Source: a virus
Length of the DNA: 64,000 bases
IMG/VR virus record: IMGVR_UViG_3300001598_000005
Location: 361 to 64,360 of that record
Strand: one strand, 5' to 3'
Shown here: in pieces, positions 37,453 to 46,166 of the stretch
Layout: each line of letters begins with the position of its first letter
How positions within the stretch are numbered: position 1 is the first letter of the stretch
The notes under the pieces: generated by a model
Seen by the model: only the letters and a program-made list of their open reading frames with translations
Told to the model about the DNA's origin: nothing
Databases searched by the model: none
Made by a program: the position numbers and the translations under genes

Positions 37453-38757
37453 TTACTTAGATATGCTCAATATCCTGATCTTTGTCTCTTCAAGATCGAG
37501 TTTTTCGATGCTGTATGCAATTTGTCCGTATTGATAGTCAAATGGGATCTTGCTGGTTATAAATTCAACCATGCTCTTCGATTGCAAAGATGCATTAGTC
37601 TCGTTGAATTTCACCATGCCACTGCACATACCTTCTTTGTCGTATTTCACAAACGATATAAACACAGAGTTTGAACCATTTACAGTGTATACACGATATC
37701 CGTCATGTGCTCTTTTTCCGAGTATTGAACTGAAATCCTTGCTGAATGTAATAAGATACATACTCCTTGGCTTGTTGATGCGTATGGAGGCCATTGTCAT
37801 TGTAAGTCGAGGAATAAACTTTTTAGGATCTACACACTCTTCGCATATAGTTTCTTCTTCTTCCTTTTCCGGCTCTGGATTTCCTACGAAATTGATTGCT
37901 ATATCAGCCATCTTAATGATCGTATCAGCCACAAGCTGGTAATGATAATTGTTAACGTATGTCTTTAGGTCAGCTGCCAACTTATTGATGCCAGTCAGGT
38001 TCCATCGTTCTCTTTTCAGCCTGTTAGCCTCCTTCTCTTCCTTTTTCTTCTCTTCAATAGCAATCTGTATTTCCTTTTCTATTTTGTCTTTTTTATTGAC
38101 AACAGGCTTATTAAGACTGTCGAGATCGATATGTCCGGTAACAACCAGGCCATATTTTGGCAGAGGTATATGCTCGGCATTTTTAATTCCTATTGATTCG
38201 GCAGTCGATGACTCAATCCTTGCCTCTTGGTCGTATGACGATACGCATTTAGTGCGATATCTTACGATTGCTTCATCTGCAAGCTTCTTGACTGATTCGT
38301 AGTTTTCACAAGTAAGTTTGCCATCCCAAACGCCCTGCTTAATGGCTGCATTGAGCACCTTTGAAACAATAAGGATATCATCTATATCAAATGCAGGATT
38401 TGATTCTTGTGGCTGTATCTGGTTAAATCCCCAGATAGTCCTCATTGCACAGCACACTACATCGAGCGAGATATTATCTTCCTTCAGTCTCTTTGGCTGC
38501 CATCCGTATTCGTAGCACATCTCCATCCATCGTTGGTTAATTGCCAATACAGCATCTATGTCTGTATTTCCACGACTTATTGGATGTGAGCATATGATTG
38601 CGAATAGTGCAGGTATATCCTTATACCAGTTTCCATAGAATGCAACACACGGCTGGTGCCATTCCTTACCTAATGCCAATTGGTCTTTTCTGAAACTCAC
38701 TATGATTCCTGCTCTCCCTATCTCAGAGATCAGTATTTTCTTCTGTTCGTAATTCAT
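37453..38757 (-). CDS. Hypothetical protein (434 aa)
   Basis: Long ORF in the early operon; no motif recognised. Confidence 0.7.
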   Translation of the reverse strand: MNYEQKKILISEIGRAGIIVSFRKDQLALGKEWHQPCVAFYGNWYKDIPALFAIICSHPISRGNTDIDAVLAINQRWMEMCYEYGWQPKRLKEDNISLDVVCCAMRTIWGFNQIQPQESNPAFDIDDILIVSKVLNAAIKQGVWDGKLTCENYESVKKLADEAIVRYRTKCVSSYDQEARIESSTAESIGIKNAEHIPLPKYGLVVTGHIDLDSLNKPVVNKKDKIEKEIQIAIEEKKKEEKEANRLKRERWNLTGINKLAADLKTYVNNYHYQLVADTIIKMADIAINFVGNPEPEKEEEETICEECVDPKKFIPRLTMTMASIRINKPRSMYLITFSKDFSSILGKRAHDGYRVYTVNGSNSVFISFVKYDKEGMCSGMVKFNETNASLQSKSMVEFITSKIPFDYQYGQIAYSIEKLDLEETKIRILSISK

Positions 38758-38775
38758 TGCGTAGTTATTGATAGT

Positions 38776-39633
38776 TCAACAGCTTCTAACATTGTCACCA
38801 CCTGTTGCCTTCTTCTTTTTCTTCTCGGCCTGACGTGCAGCTATCTGCTGTCTCTTCTGCTTGGCCATTTTCGAGAAATTGGGCTGAGGCCTCTGTGCAT
38901 TCTGCTGTTTCAGCCTTGCTATACGGTCTAATTTGAGTTGCTTATTGCGAGCCCATGCTTTTTCCAGGTTCTTCTTCCATATGGCATGTCGCGTCTGAAT
39001 GCGCTGTATCAAGCTGAGCTCTTCCTCGAGGTTCCTGACATCGTCGAATTTACCCTGACGCTTCGACACCTTTATCTTGTCTGCTATCACTCGTGCAGCA
39101 ACATCTAACTTCCTTAGCGACCGGAGCCTCTGTAGCTCCCTCTTCACTATTAGTATATGCTCGTCGAGATCTGCGAACGATACTTGCTGTCCTATTACAT
39201 GAGTCTCCTTTTGCTTTGGTTCTTCTCGTACGATACGTCTTGTCTCTACACTTTTCTGGTATCCTTCTATGTTTAGGTTGATATCCTTGGCATAGTCGAT
39301 ACATGCGTTTCGCATTCGCTTTAGACTTTCATACTTTATCATGTGAGGATCAAGGCTAACGATGGAGTTCATGTATACATTCTCACAGAAATATCTTGGC
39401 CTTGACTGAGACAATGCTATCCTTGTTCCCATCATGTCGAGCAGCTTAGGATCTCCGTACTCACCAAAAGATACTAACCAATGCTCTGAGTCTATTGTCG
39501 CATCATCGCAGGCAAAGTATAAGAACAAAGAGTTGGGATATATCTTTTTCAGGCTGAGCTTGATCTCTTTTGCAAGCTCGTGTATGTTCTGGTAATCGTC
39601 TTTGATAGTCTTGTTTATAAGTTCGTCTTCCAT
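38776..39633 (-). CDS. Hypothetical protein with basic coiled-coil C-terminus
   Basis: 285 aa ORF. Confidence 0.7.
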   Translation of the reverse strand: MEDELINKTIKDDYQNIHELAKEIKLSLKKIYPNSLFLYFACDDATIDSEHWLVSFGEYGDPKLLDMMGTRIALSQSRPRYFCENVYMNSIVSLDPHMIKYESLKRMRNACIDYAKDINLNIEGYQKSVETRRIVREEPKQKETHVIGQQVSFADLDEHILIVKRELQRLRSLRKLDVAARVIADKIKVSKRQGKFDDVRNLEEELSLIQRIQTRHAIWKKNLEKAWARNKQLKLDRIARLKQQNAQRPQPNFSKMAKQKRQQIAARQAEKKKKKATGGDNVRSC

Positions 39634-39644
39634 TTTAGTTTGCG

Positions 39645-40046
39645 TTATAATGCTTCGCAGTAGTTATCAATATCAACGTGACTGAATGCAAATATACGTT
39701 TGTAACAGTCCCATCGAATGTTGTAGTACATGATTCTTACTCCATTCTCTTTGTGGTATCTTGTTCCTGTGATTGTTCCGGTCATGGATGAACGTCGAAG
39801 GAAATACGACCAATAGCATGGCTTAGACAGACGTATGCGCTGCCCTTCCTGGAATAGTGGTGCTTTATCTTCATCGAACATTACCAACTGGCGTCTGTCG
39901 TTTTCTTGCGTGTTCTCGTCATCGATGATCTTCTTCAGTTCACTCATCGTTGAGGCCAGCATCATGATTCCATTTACAGGATCCTTCGTAAATTCGGACC
40001 ATGCGTTTACTACTGCCACTGCCTTTGTCTTGACGGTAGGTTTCAT
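39645..40046 (-). CDS. Hypothetical protein
   Basis: ATG 40046 is ATGA-coupled to the upstream stop. Confidence 0.6.
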   Translation of the reverse strand: MKPTVKTKAVAVVNAWSEFTKDPVNGIMMLASTMSELKKIIDDENTQENDRRQLVMFDEDKAPLFQEGQRIRLSKPCYWSYFLRRSSMTGTITGTRYHKENGVRIMYYNIRWDCYKRIFAFSHVDIDNYCEAL

Positions 40047-40636
40047 TTTGTCATCTTCTTGGCTTTGCCAACATTGTCCTGGTATCTGAATATGCATCTC
40101 CATATCAGCCATGAGAATGGCTTCCACCAGATGCGCACGGATGATGGGTTGGAGATTTTGAAGCATTCACAGTGGTGAGTCGTATCCTGCTCTATCCTTA
40201 CAGGCAATACAACATGTGCATCAGTCATCATCTTCCATTCGTGCAGCATCATCATTACCGATGGAGTGCATGGCTGAAAACCGATCGTGTGCCACTGAGG
40301 ATCGAACATGACAGGCGAAAGAATTGGCCTTCGTGTATACCCCTCCAAGTCAGGATTTACGGAAAAGCAGTATTGTCCTCTGTCCTTGTATGTGAGCGTA
40401 ATATATTCAGATCCCTTCTTGTCAGTGTTTGGAATGGCATCTTCAAGTATGTCCATGTAGATTCTACAAGACAGCGTGATGCCTGCGTTGCTTACCGGCC
40501 AGTCGCCAAGAGCATCAGGATGTGTGGTGTCTCCTTCGATCACTACAAAACGCATGTGGTCGTTTACGAGCGTATACAGGTTATACAGGATCTTTTCCTT
40601 AAGGTTGCTAAACATTGCCTTTATATTCATCTTCAT
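40043..40636 (-). CDS. Hypothetical protein
   Basis: 197 aa with TGATG coupling. Confidence 0.65.
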   Translation of the reverse strand: MKMNIKAMFSNLKEKILYNLYTLVNDHMRFVVIEGDTTHPDALGDWPVSNAGITLSCRIYMDILEDAIPNTDKKGSEYITLTYKDRGQYCFSVNPDLEGYTRRPILSPVMFDPQWHTIGFQPCTPSVMMMLHEWKMMTDAHVVLPVRIEQDTTHHCECFKISNPSSVRIWWKPFSWLIWRCIFRYQDNVGKAKKMTK

Positions 40637-40920
40637 CAGTTGTTGAATTTTGAGAAATCAAGATGCGAACGGTTACGTACATAGTCACCTGGCAATGGTG
40701 TCTTGCTGCGGAAAGAATAGATTCCTACTTCGTCATATGTGGCATTGAGCGACACCGACGTTGTGATGTAATGCTCTGCATCGTCCTTTGACCGGAAGAT
40801 GTAGCTGCTAAGAATGCATCGATGAGGCGATACGTTGTCGATCTTCAGTTTGAGTGCTACGAAATAATACTTCTCACCAAACAGATGATCGATGATCATT
40901 GATAAGAGCGATTTTTTCAT
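40636..40920 (-). CDS. Hypothetical protein
   Basis: 94 aa; SSYIFRSKDDA..YSFRS. Confidence 0.6.
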   Translation of the reverse strand: MKKSLLSMIIDHLFGEKYYFVALKLKIDNVSPHRCILSSYIFRSKDDAEHYITTSVSLNATYDEVGIYSFRSKTPLPGDYVRNRSHLDFSKFNN

Positions 40921-40926
40921 TTTGTT

Positions 40927-41421
40927 TTAGTTATGTGATCTTGTTAATACTATCAGTGCTGCATCTCTCTGCTCCTGGTTAGACCGGTTCTTGTGTACAG
41001 TGTCAATGTCGATCTTCCTTGTCTCGATGATATGCTTCAGCTGCTCGTGCGATACCTTTCCGTCGTTGTGGAATCCCCATATCTTGCGAAGCGGAAGCAC
41101 CTCCTCGTATTGTATGTTGTTGATGCGGCAATAGTCGCACAGCAGTATTCCTACCTCGTGACATCGACCTACCGAATATCCCTTCTTTGCTGCTGTCGTA
41201 GGTTTCTCGCCTTGCTTCAGGTGCCAGTTGTTGGTAATCTTGTGTGATGCCTCGATGAATACCTTCATGTTCTGGTCGATAGTATGCATCGACTCAATAA
41301 AGTCCATCGTATCTATCGGGCAACGGTCATGCAGCGTAATCAGGTTCTGCTCGACATCGTAAACAGCAATTCCGCATTTGTCTACGTCTGGATCGATGCC
41401 TATGTAGTAGCTGTATTTCAT
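40927..41421 (-). CDS. RuvC-like Holliday junction resolvase
   Basis: YIGIDPD..GIA, VFIEA, NQEQRDAAL. Confidence 0.75.
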   Translation of the reverse strand: MKYSYYIGIDPDVDKCGIAVYDVEQNLITLHDRCPIDTMDFIESMHTIDQNMKVFIEASHKITNNWHLKQGEKPTTAAKKGYSVGRCHEVGILLCDYCRINNIQYEEVLPLRKIWGFHNDGKVSHEQLKHIIETRKIDIDTVHKNRSNQEQRDAALIVLTRSHN

Positions 41422-41957
41422 CAGTTGTATCTTTTTATTTTCTTCTTCCAGTCCTTTCTCGTCTTGTTGTACTCGTATTTCCTTCGTGCAGCTTCCATGA
41501 TGTCTATGCCAAGGTGATTAGACCATGCATATATGTAAACTATAGAAAAATTCAACCTTTCTTTAATAGGGATGAAGTGAGACGTAATGAAATTGACTAA
41601 ATGAAATGCCGTTTCGGTAAATGAATCAATTTTTACATCTTTCATTACTTCGTCATACAAATCAAGATAAATCTCAACGTCAAGTGACCGGATATGCATC
41701 AGGTTAAGTATGCGAAGGAATGCGTCAGCCAACTCGTCAGATACCGTATCCTTGTACTGGTATTCTTCGTTATCGTTTATGTATAGACCTATACGGTCAG
41801 CATTGATAGCCTCGCATATCTCATCTACAATCATGATGACATAATGGCAGTCGCTAAGCGAAGGATCTGTCCATCCATACTTCTTCATCATATTGTATTG
41901 ACGCTTCATCAGCCTTTCGGTTGCCAGCTTAAAGTCGATCCATTCAGTCACCTTCAT
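41421..41957 (-). CDS. MazG-like NTP pyrophosphohydrolase
   Basis: EICEAINADR, DELADAFLRI, GIDIMEA..K.EYN..R. Confidence 0.7.
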   Translation of the reverse strand: MKVTEWIDFKLATERLMKRQYNMMKKYGWTDPSLSDCHYVIMIVDEICEAINADRIGLYINDNEEYQYKDTVSDELADAFLRILNLMHIRSLDVEIYLDLYDEVMKDVKIDSFTETAFHLVNFITSHFIPIKERLNFSIVYIYAWSNHLGIDIMEAARRKYEYNKTRKDWKKKIKRYN

Positions 41958-42303
41958 AGTGCGTACCAGGTTTGTATGTTGCGTTGATTGACGGAGGTGC
42001 ATACTTGAGCGTGCAGTTGTCTATCATTCTCTTTAGCACCGATGCAGGCTCCTCGTGTGTACCGTTGAGCTCAAGGTCCCAATTGACAAGGAATGCAATG
42101 AACAGTGCCTTTGCAAGCAGCTCACTCGACTTCTCTTGTATCGTCTTCAGTGCTGTCATGTTCTTGCATCGAGAGGCTGCATATGCATTGGCTGCCCTGT
42201 CGAGCTGATCGGTAAGGTATGGCAGTCCTTTGGTTGCATCGCATATGCGGTGGCCAAATTCCTTCTCCATGCTTTTGATAAGGTTGTTTGTTACTTCATC
42301 CAT
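41944..42303 (-). CDS. Hypothetical protein
   Basis: ATG 42303 overlapping the end of the initiator gene. Confidence 0.55.
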   Translation of the reverse strand: MDEVTNNLIKSMEKEFGHRICDATKGLPYLTDQLDRAANAYAASRCKNMTALKTIQEKSSELLAKALFIAFLVNWDLELNGTHEEPASVLKRMIDNCTLKYAPPSINATYKPGTHYEGD

Positions 42304-43036
42304 TTTGTTTGTTCTTTTTTGATTGTGACATAATGTAATCTGCAATACTACCTGTTATGCCATTTTCCCTGCGGAACTGGTCTGCCGACACACATTTAAC
42401 TTGTTCTGGTGCTTGTTTCTTCTCGCTGAGGCGGTACTTCTGCTTCCTTTCCTGCTTTGGTGCAGGATTGGTCCTGCGTTCTGCCCATTTTGAGCATTTG
42501 TAGTGCCAGTCGGATATCGGCTCACCGTTGATCTTCCAACCTATTTCGGCATAGTAGTTCCAGAACTCGGCTGCGTTGATTATCAGGTTTAGCTTCTTCT
42601 GCTTCAGATACTCTTCGACGTCACTCAGCGTTGGTGGGAATTTCCTCGCCTGCTCGGGTGTTGTCTCTGCTATCAACCGGTATTCTCTCAGTGTTATCTG
42701 CGTTCCATCTGGTATCAATGTAAGATACCTTCGCTGTATGCTTGCCGACGTAAGTACATACGGTTTACCTTCGATGGGGTAGAACAGGCCTATCTTTCGG
42801 CAGGATGCTATCACCTCGTGGACAAACGATGTCTTGCATCTGACAAGTATGGCTATGTCAATAATCTGCTCGTTGTTGAGCTCTATATAATACCCTGACA
42901 CTGATGCGTAGATCCGCGAAAGCAATATGATATAAACAGACAAACTAAGACCACCTTGCTGTGCTATCAGTGATCGTATTCGCTCATCTTCGAAGAAATC
43001 TACGTCGAGTGCGAAATAATCAAGTCTGCTGTCCAT
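42296..43036 (-). CDS. Replication initiator (DUF4373-like N-terminus)
   Basis: LDYFALDVDFFEDERIR, LTSASIQRRY; FPPTLSDV..FWNYY..GW. Confidence 0.75.
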   Translation of the reverse strand: MDSRLDYFALDVDFFEDERIRSLIAQQGGLSLSVYIILLSRIYASVSGYYIELNNEQIIDIAILVRCKTSFVHEVIASCRKIGLFYPIEGKPYVLTSASIQRRYLTLIPDGTQITLREYRLIAETTPEQARKFPPTLSDVEEYLKQKKLNLIINAAEFWNYYAEIGWKINGEPISDWHYKCSKWAERRTNPAPKQERKQKYRLSEKKQAPEQVKCVSADQFRRENGITGSIADYIMSQSKKNKQNG

Positions 43037-43042
43037 GTCCGA

Positions 43043-43330
43043 CTATGTTCTGAGGTAGTCCTGTACGTCGTTCGACAGTGCCAACAGGTCGCGCGAGTTG
43101 TAGAATACGCATCCACCGCTTCGTATCGGTGTAATAAGGTCGAGCTCTACCCATCGCATGACTCTCTTCCTTCCGAATTCCTGATATGCCTTACGCTGGT
43201 TGATCTGTATTGGCAACCGGTTGAGCTTGTCCTGGGCCAAGGCTATTGCAGTCCCCATCATTCTGATGTATCTCTCGAGGGGTATGCGAGTGTTTTCGCC
43301 AAGAGTTACTGTTTCTTGCATTTGTGCCAT
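43043..43330 (-). CDS. Excisionase-like winged-HTH protein
   Basis: INQRKAYQEFGRKRVMRWV..LITP. Confidence 0.55.
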   Translation of the reverse strand: MAQMQETVTLGENTRIPLERYIRMMGTAIALAQDKLNRLPIQINQRKAYQEFGRKRVMRWVELDLITPIRSGGCVFYNSRDLLALSNDVQDYLRT

Positions 43331-43379
43331 ATTTGTAGGTTTTAGTGATCGTAACATCATTATCCTCAATGCCTGTCGG

Positions 43380-43453
43380 TGAACTGAGCAGGGCTCGAAC
43401 CTGCGACCTAAAGTTTAGGAAACTTTTGCTCTGTCCAACTGAGCTATCAGTTC
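43380..43453 (-). tRNA. tRNA-Arg(CCT)
   Basis: Cloverleaf: acceptor GAACTGA/TCAGTTC, D stem GCTC/GAGC, AAAGT-TTCCTAA-ACTTT, GCAGG-TTCGAGC-CCTGC; CCA not encoded. Confidence 0.93.
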
Positions 43454-43516
43454 ATTAGCCGCACCATGTATCACTACATAATACGGCATTGAAAATCAAA
43501 ATCTGGCTATCTCATC

Positions 43517-43630
43517 GGGATGATGGCCGGACTCGAACCGGCAATGACCGAACCAACGATATCTACTCATGAATTAACTGTATTAAAAATTTCGTTGTCA
43601 GCATAGCTTCACCATTTGCATACATCATCC
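43517..43630 (-). ncRNA. tRNA-like RNA A with long hairpin replacing the anticodon arm
   Basis: Acceptor GGATGATG/CATCATCC, D-like TATGCAAATGGTGAAGCTA, T arm GCCGG-TTCGAGT-CCGGC. Confidence 0.75.
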
Positions 43631-43644
43631 TTTTCACACTCTGA

Positions 43645-43765
43645 AAGATGCAGTCGGATTCGAACCGACGTGACTGAACCAGCTTGTATTTTTGTCATTA
43701 GATCTTGCCATATTACAGAAAAATACATAGCTGTCAGCGTAGCTTCGCCACTTGCATATGCATCG
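43645..43765 (-). ncRNA. tRNA-like RNA B, paralogue of A
   Basis: Acceptor GATGCA/TGCATC, TATGCAAGTGGCGAAGCTA, inner stem TGTATTTTT/AAAAATACA, T arm GTCGG-TTCGAAT-CCGAC. Confidence 0.75.
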
Positions 43766-43981
43766 ATCTTCGTGCTAATTCTTTTCTTTGACATCATGCA
43801 ATTAACAATCCGGTAGCATCAGCCTTTGGGCCAACACCTTAGCCGGTAAGCCTCCCACGCTTTTCTGGAACCTCACACCTGCATGCAATTTCCTTTCGGA
43901 GAGTCACAGTACCGGTAGCGGATGTGGTCGATGATTATCAAAAAGATGACATTGAGATTTTATGATGTCAAAGATCGTTGT

Positions 43982-44087
43982 TGGCGGCAAGCAACGGAGT
44001 CGAACCGTTATTTCTGTGCTACAATGAAAATACCCCTTATTCAACCAAAAGATGCAGCAGCGTTCTACCTTATTGAACTACCTTGCC
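43982..44087 (-). ncRNA. tRNA-like RNA C with enlarged anticodon loop and encoded CCA
   Basis: GGCAAG/CTTGCC acceptor + GCCA, D stem GTTC/GAAC, TGCTGCA/TGTAGCA stem with 29-nt loop, AACGG-TTCGACT-CCGTT. Confidence 0.75.
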
Positions 44088-44095
44088 ATGTAGTA

Positions 44096-44446
44096 TTATT
44101 TTTGTGCTTGCCTGTCGATTTGCAGATTATAATGCAAGAATTCTGAGTTGAAGTTTTGTATTACCGTATTTCCAGACTTTGTTGCTGTGTTGAGATATTC
44201 CTGTATCAATTCTTCGCTTCTGACGGTTTTTATCTCGCAGTCCGCTATGTATACGTACTCTCGTATCCTGATCACGTATATCACGTTTGGCGAGTATATA
44301 AACGATGCATAAATAGCCCCTGAACTTGTGACTCTCGATGCTATACCTCGGTGCCTGAGCCATTCCTGCACCTGGTAGTCGTTGAAGCCGTCGTACAGGA
44401 TGTATCTCGTATCGATGTCAGCATTTGTAATAAGCTTGTTTGCCAT
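44096..44446 (-). CDS. Hypothetical protein
   Basis: 116 aa ORF. Confidence 0.55.
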   Translation of the reverse strand: MANKLITNADIDTRYILYDGFNDYQVQEWLRHRGIASRVTSSGAIYASFIYSPNVIYVIRIREYVYIADCEIKTVRSEELIQEYLNTATKSGNTVIQNFNSEFLHYNLQIDRQAQK

Positions 44447-44753
44447 ATTTGTTGAGTAAGAAATTGTAGATTGACCGCTTCTCTATTACGGACAGATTCT
44501 GGTATGGTATGATCTTGTGCTTCGACGCTGTAAACGAATCAATGCCGAAAAGATTAAACTTGAATTTATATCCGAATGGTTTCGGAAACACATTGAAGCT
44601 TACAAGATTCCACATTCCCATCCCGTAGTTGATCATTATCGAGTTAACTGGAAATGTAATTATTTTGGCATCTTTTGGCAGCTCACCTACGAAAGTGAGG
44701 AGATCTTCGATATCGGTGAGTGTTGGGATCCTGTGTGGCGTTGGAGCATCCAT
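44418..44753 (-). CDS. Hypothetical protein
   Basis: 111 aa ORF. Confidence 0.55.
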   Translation of the reverse strand: MDAPTPHRIPTLTDIEDLLTFVGELPKDAKIITFPVNSIMINYGMGMWNLVSFNVFPKPFGYKFKFNLFGIDSFTASKHKIIPYQNLSVIEKRSIYNFLLNKYGKQAYYKC

Positions 44754-44757
44754 TGTA

Positions 44758-44919
44758 TTAGTTGTTGTAAATCTTTGATATTCGGTACATGTTATAGCCT
44801 ATGTATCCCCATGCGAATAGAATAAACTCTATGCTGTGACACATGATACACAATAAGGCAAAAGCAGCAATAGACTTAAGCAGCAGGCATATAGCCTTGG
44901 TGTTTTTGATTTTTTTCAT
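44758..44919 (-). CDS. 53-aa membrane protein, first gene of the early operon
   Basis: Manual translation MKKIKNTKAICLLLKSIAAFALLCIM... Confidence 0.5.
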   Translation of the reverse strand: MKKIKNTKAICLLLKSIAAFALLCIMCHSIEFILFAWGYIGYNMYRISKIYNN

Positions 44920-44991
44920 AAACGATTTTTCTTTTAGTGAGTCTAAAAAGCATAAATAATGTGAAATGCACGTATTTTATGCTCGTAAATA

Positions 44992-45023
44992 TTTGGAATG
45001 ATGGAGAAAATGACTTATATTTG
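44992..45023 (+). promoter_or_regulatory. Rightward (repressor) promoter
   Basis: TTTG-N20-TATATTTG. Confidence 0.7.
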
Positions 45024-45049
45024 CAGCGCATTTCACCAGATTCGCGGTG

Positions 45050-45081
45050 CAAAGATAGAGTGTTTACTACAATTTGCCAAA
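45050..45081 (-). promoter_or_regulatory. Leftward (lytic early) promoter
   Basis: Reverse complement reads TTTG-N20-TATCTTTG. Confidence 0.7.
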
Positions 45082-45118
45082 TTAATTGTGGTAAAATTGC
45101 TATCTTTGTGGTAAAATT
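45063..45118. promoter_or_regulatory. Putative repressor operators
   Basis: TTGTGGTAAAATT at 45086 and 45106, plus inverted variant TTTACTACAA at 45063. Confidence 0.55.
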
Positions 45119-45148
45119 TAACATATATATTTAACATTGTTAATTCTT

Positions 45149-45592
45149 ATGGAGAGTTCTGTAAAAAATAGACTCATGGAGTTTATCGCGTCTCAGGGAT
45201 TGAGTCAGCGAGAATTTGAACGCTCAATAAATGCTTCTAATGGTTTTGTGAAATCAATCAGAAAAGGAATTGGTGGAGCAAGAATACTAAAGATTAAAGA
45301 GCAATATCCGCACTTGAACATAGAGTGGTTGCTGCATGGAACGGGAGAGATGATTAAGCCTATTAACGCGAATGTAGCAAACATTGATACCAATAACGGA
45401 ACATTGAACCAGGGAACATCCAATGTAGGTAATCAGCAAAACGGAGAGAAAGCTCTTTACGAGAAGATCATTGAGTTACTTGAAGAGAAGATTGCAAATT
45501 TACAGAGAGAAAAGGATGAGCTATTGCGTAGGCACAACTGTCCTACAATGGAAGATCTGGAAAGAAAACTAAATGAGCTGACAAATGGTTGA
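45149..45592 (+). CDS. CI-like HTH repressor
   Basis: VKNRL..F....GLSQREFERSI..SNG.V; YPHLNIEWLLHGTGEM; C-terminal coiled coil, no S24 peptidase. Confidence 0.8.
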   Translation: MESSVKNRLMEFIASQGLSQREFERSINASNGFVKSIRKGIGGARILKIKEQYPHLNIEWLLHGTGEMIKPINANVANIDTNNGTLNQGTSNVGNQQNGEKALYEKIIELLEEKIANLQREKDELLRRHNCPTMEDLERKLNELTNG

Positions 45593-45908
45593 TACTTTGT
45601 TTTTTATTCTAATGATTATCTTCTTGCTATTCGGTTTGTATAAAAGAGAAGAGATATTGAAAGAAAAGCATAAAAAGGAATTGAAAAAATATGTATTACG
45701 TGAAAGAAGTTATGCTCAAAATTTGTTAATATCTGAAGTAATTAATATCAGATCAAAAAATCCGGATATATCAAGCGAAGAGTTTTATTATCTTCTTAAA
45801 CAATTCATGGAACAATACAACAAAGAAAATAAAATAGAAGATGTTTTATTCAGATTTGAAGATCCAATAGGGACTCTATCCCCATATGATATGTATTATG
45901 ATATATAA
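45585..45908 (+). CDS. AT-rich single-TM protein; lysogeny/superinfection-exclusion candidate
   Basis: N-terminal TM; co-transcribed with the repressor. Confidence 0.55.
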   Translation: MVDTLFFILMIIFLLFGLYKREEILKEKHKKELKKYVLRERSYAQNLLISEVINIRSKNPDISSEEFYYLLKQFMEQYNKENKIEDVLFRFEDPIGTLSPYDMYYDI

Positions 45909-45919
45909 AACATACATAA

Positions 45920-46160
45920 AAGTTTACAACAATAATCGTAAGTGGTTCAGATTCAGTGATTAATGAGCAGCCGCACAGGCCTCGGTCGAAGAATAATCTA
46001 AGTCTTTGATAATCAATTAATTTGAGCCATTCAAAAACATAAATTAGTGTTTTGAGTGGCTCTTTTTAGTGCCAAAAAGCATGGTTTTTGTGCAGTTTTT
46101 GCCCAAAAAAATCGCATTTGTTTACAAGTTTTTGGACCGCTGTTTACAAGTGTTTACAAT
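45920..46160. mobile_element. attP region
   Basis: GTTTACAA arm-type repeats (near 45923, 46120, 46142, 46152) flank a GC-rich core at 45960-45990, immediately upstream of the integrase. Confidence 0.65.
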
Positions 46161-46166
46161 AAAATT

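Noticed and set aside
43815-43835. Hammerhead ribozyme (CTGATG on the minus strand)
   Set aside because: Reads CTGATGC rather than CTGANGA, and the required stems were not found
43517-44087. Group I intron-containing tRNAs or tmRNA
   Set aside because: Inserts are only tens of nucleotides, with no group I core, no recoverable 7-nt anticodon loop and no tag ORF
43609-44146. Short ORFs over the ncRNA cluster (43609-43797, 43616-43816, 43922-44146)
   Set aside because: They overlap tRNA-like structures with covarying stems and lack protein features
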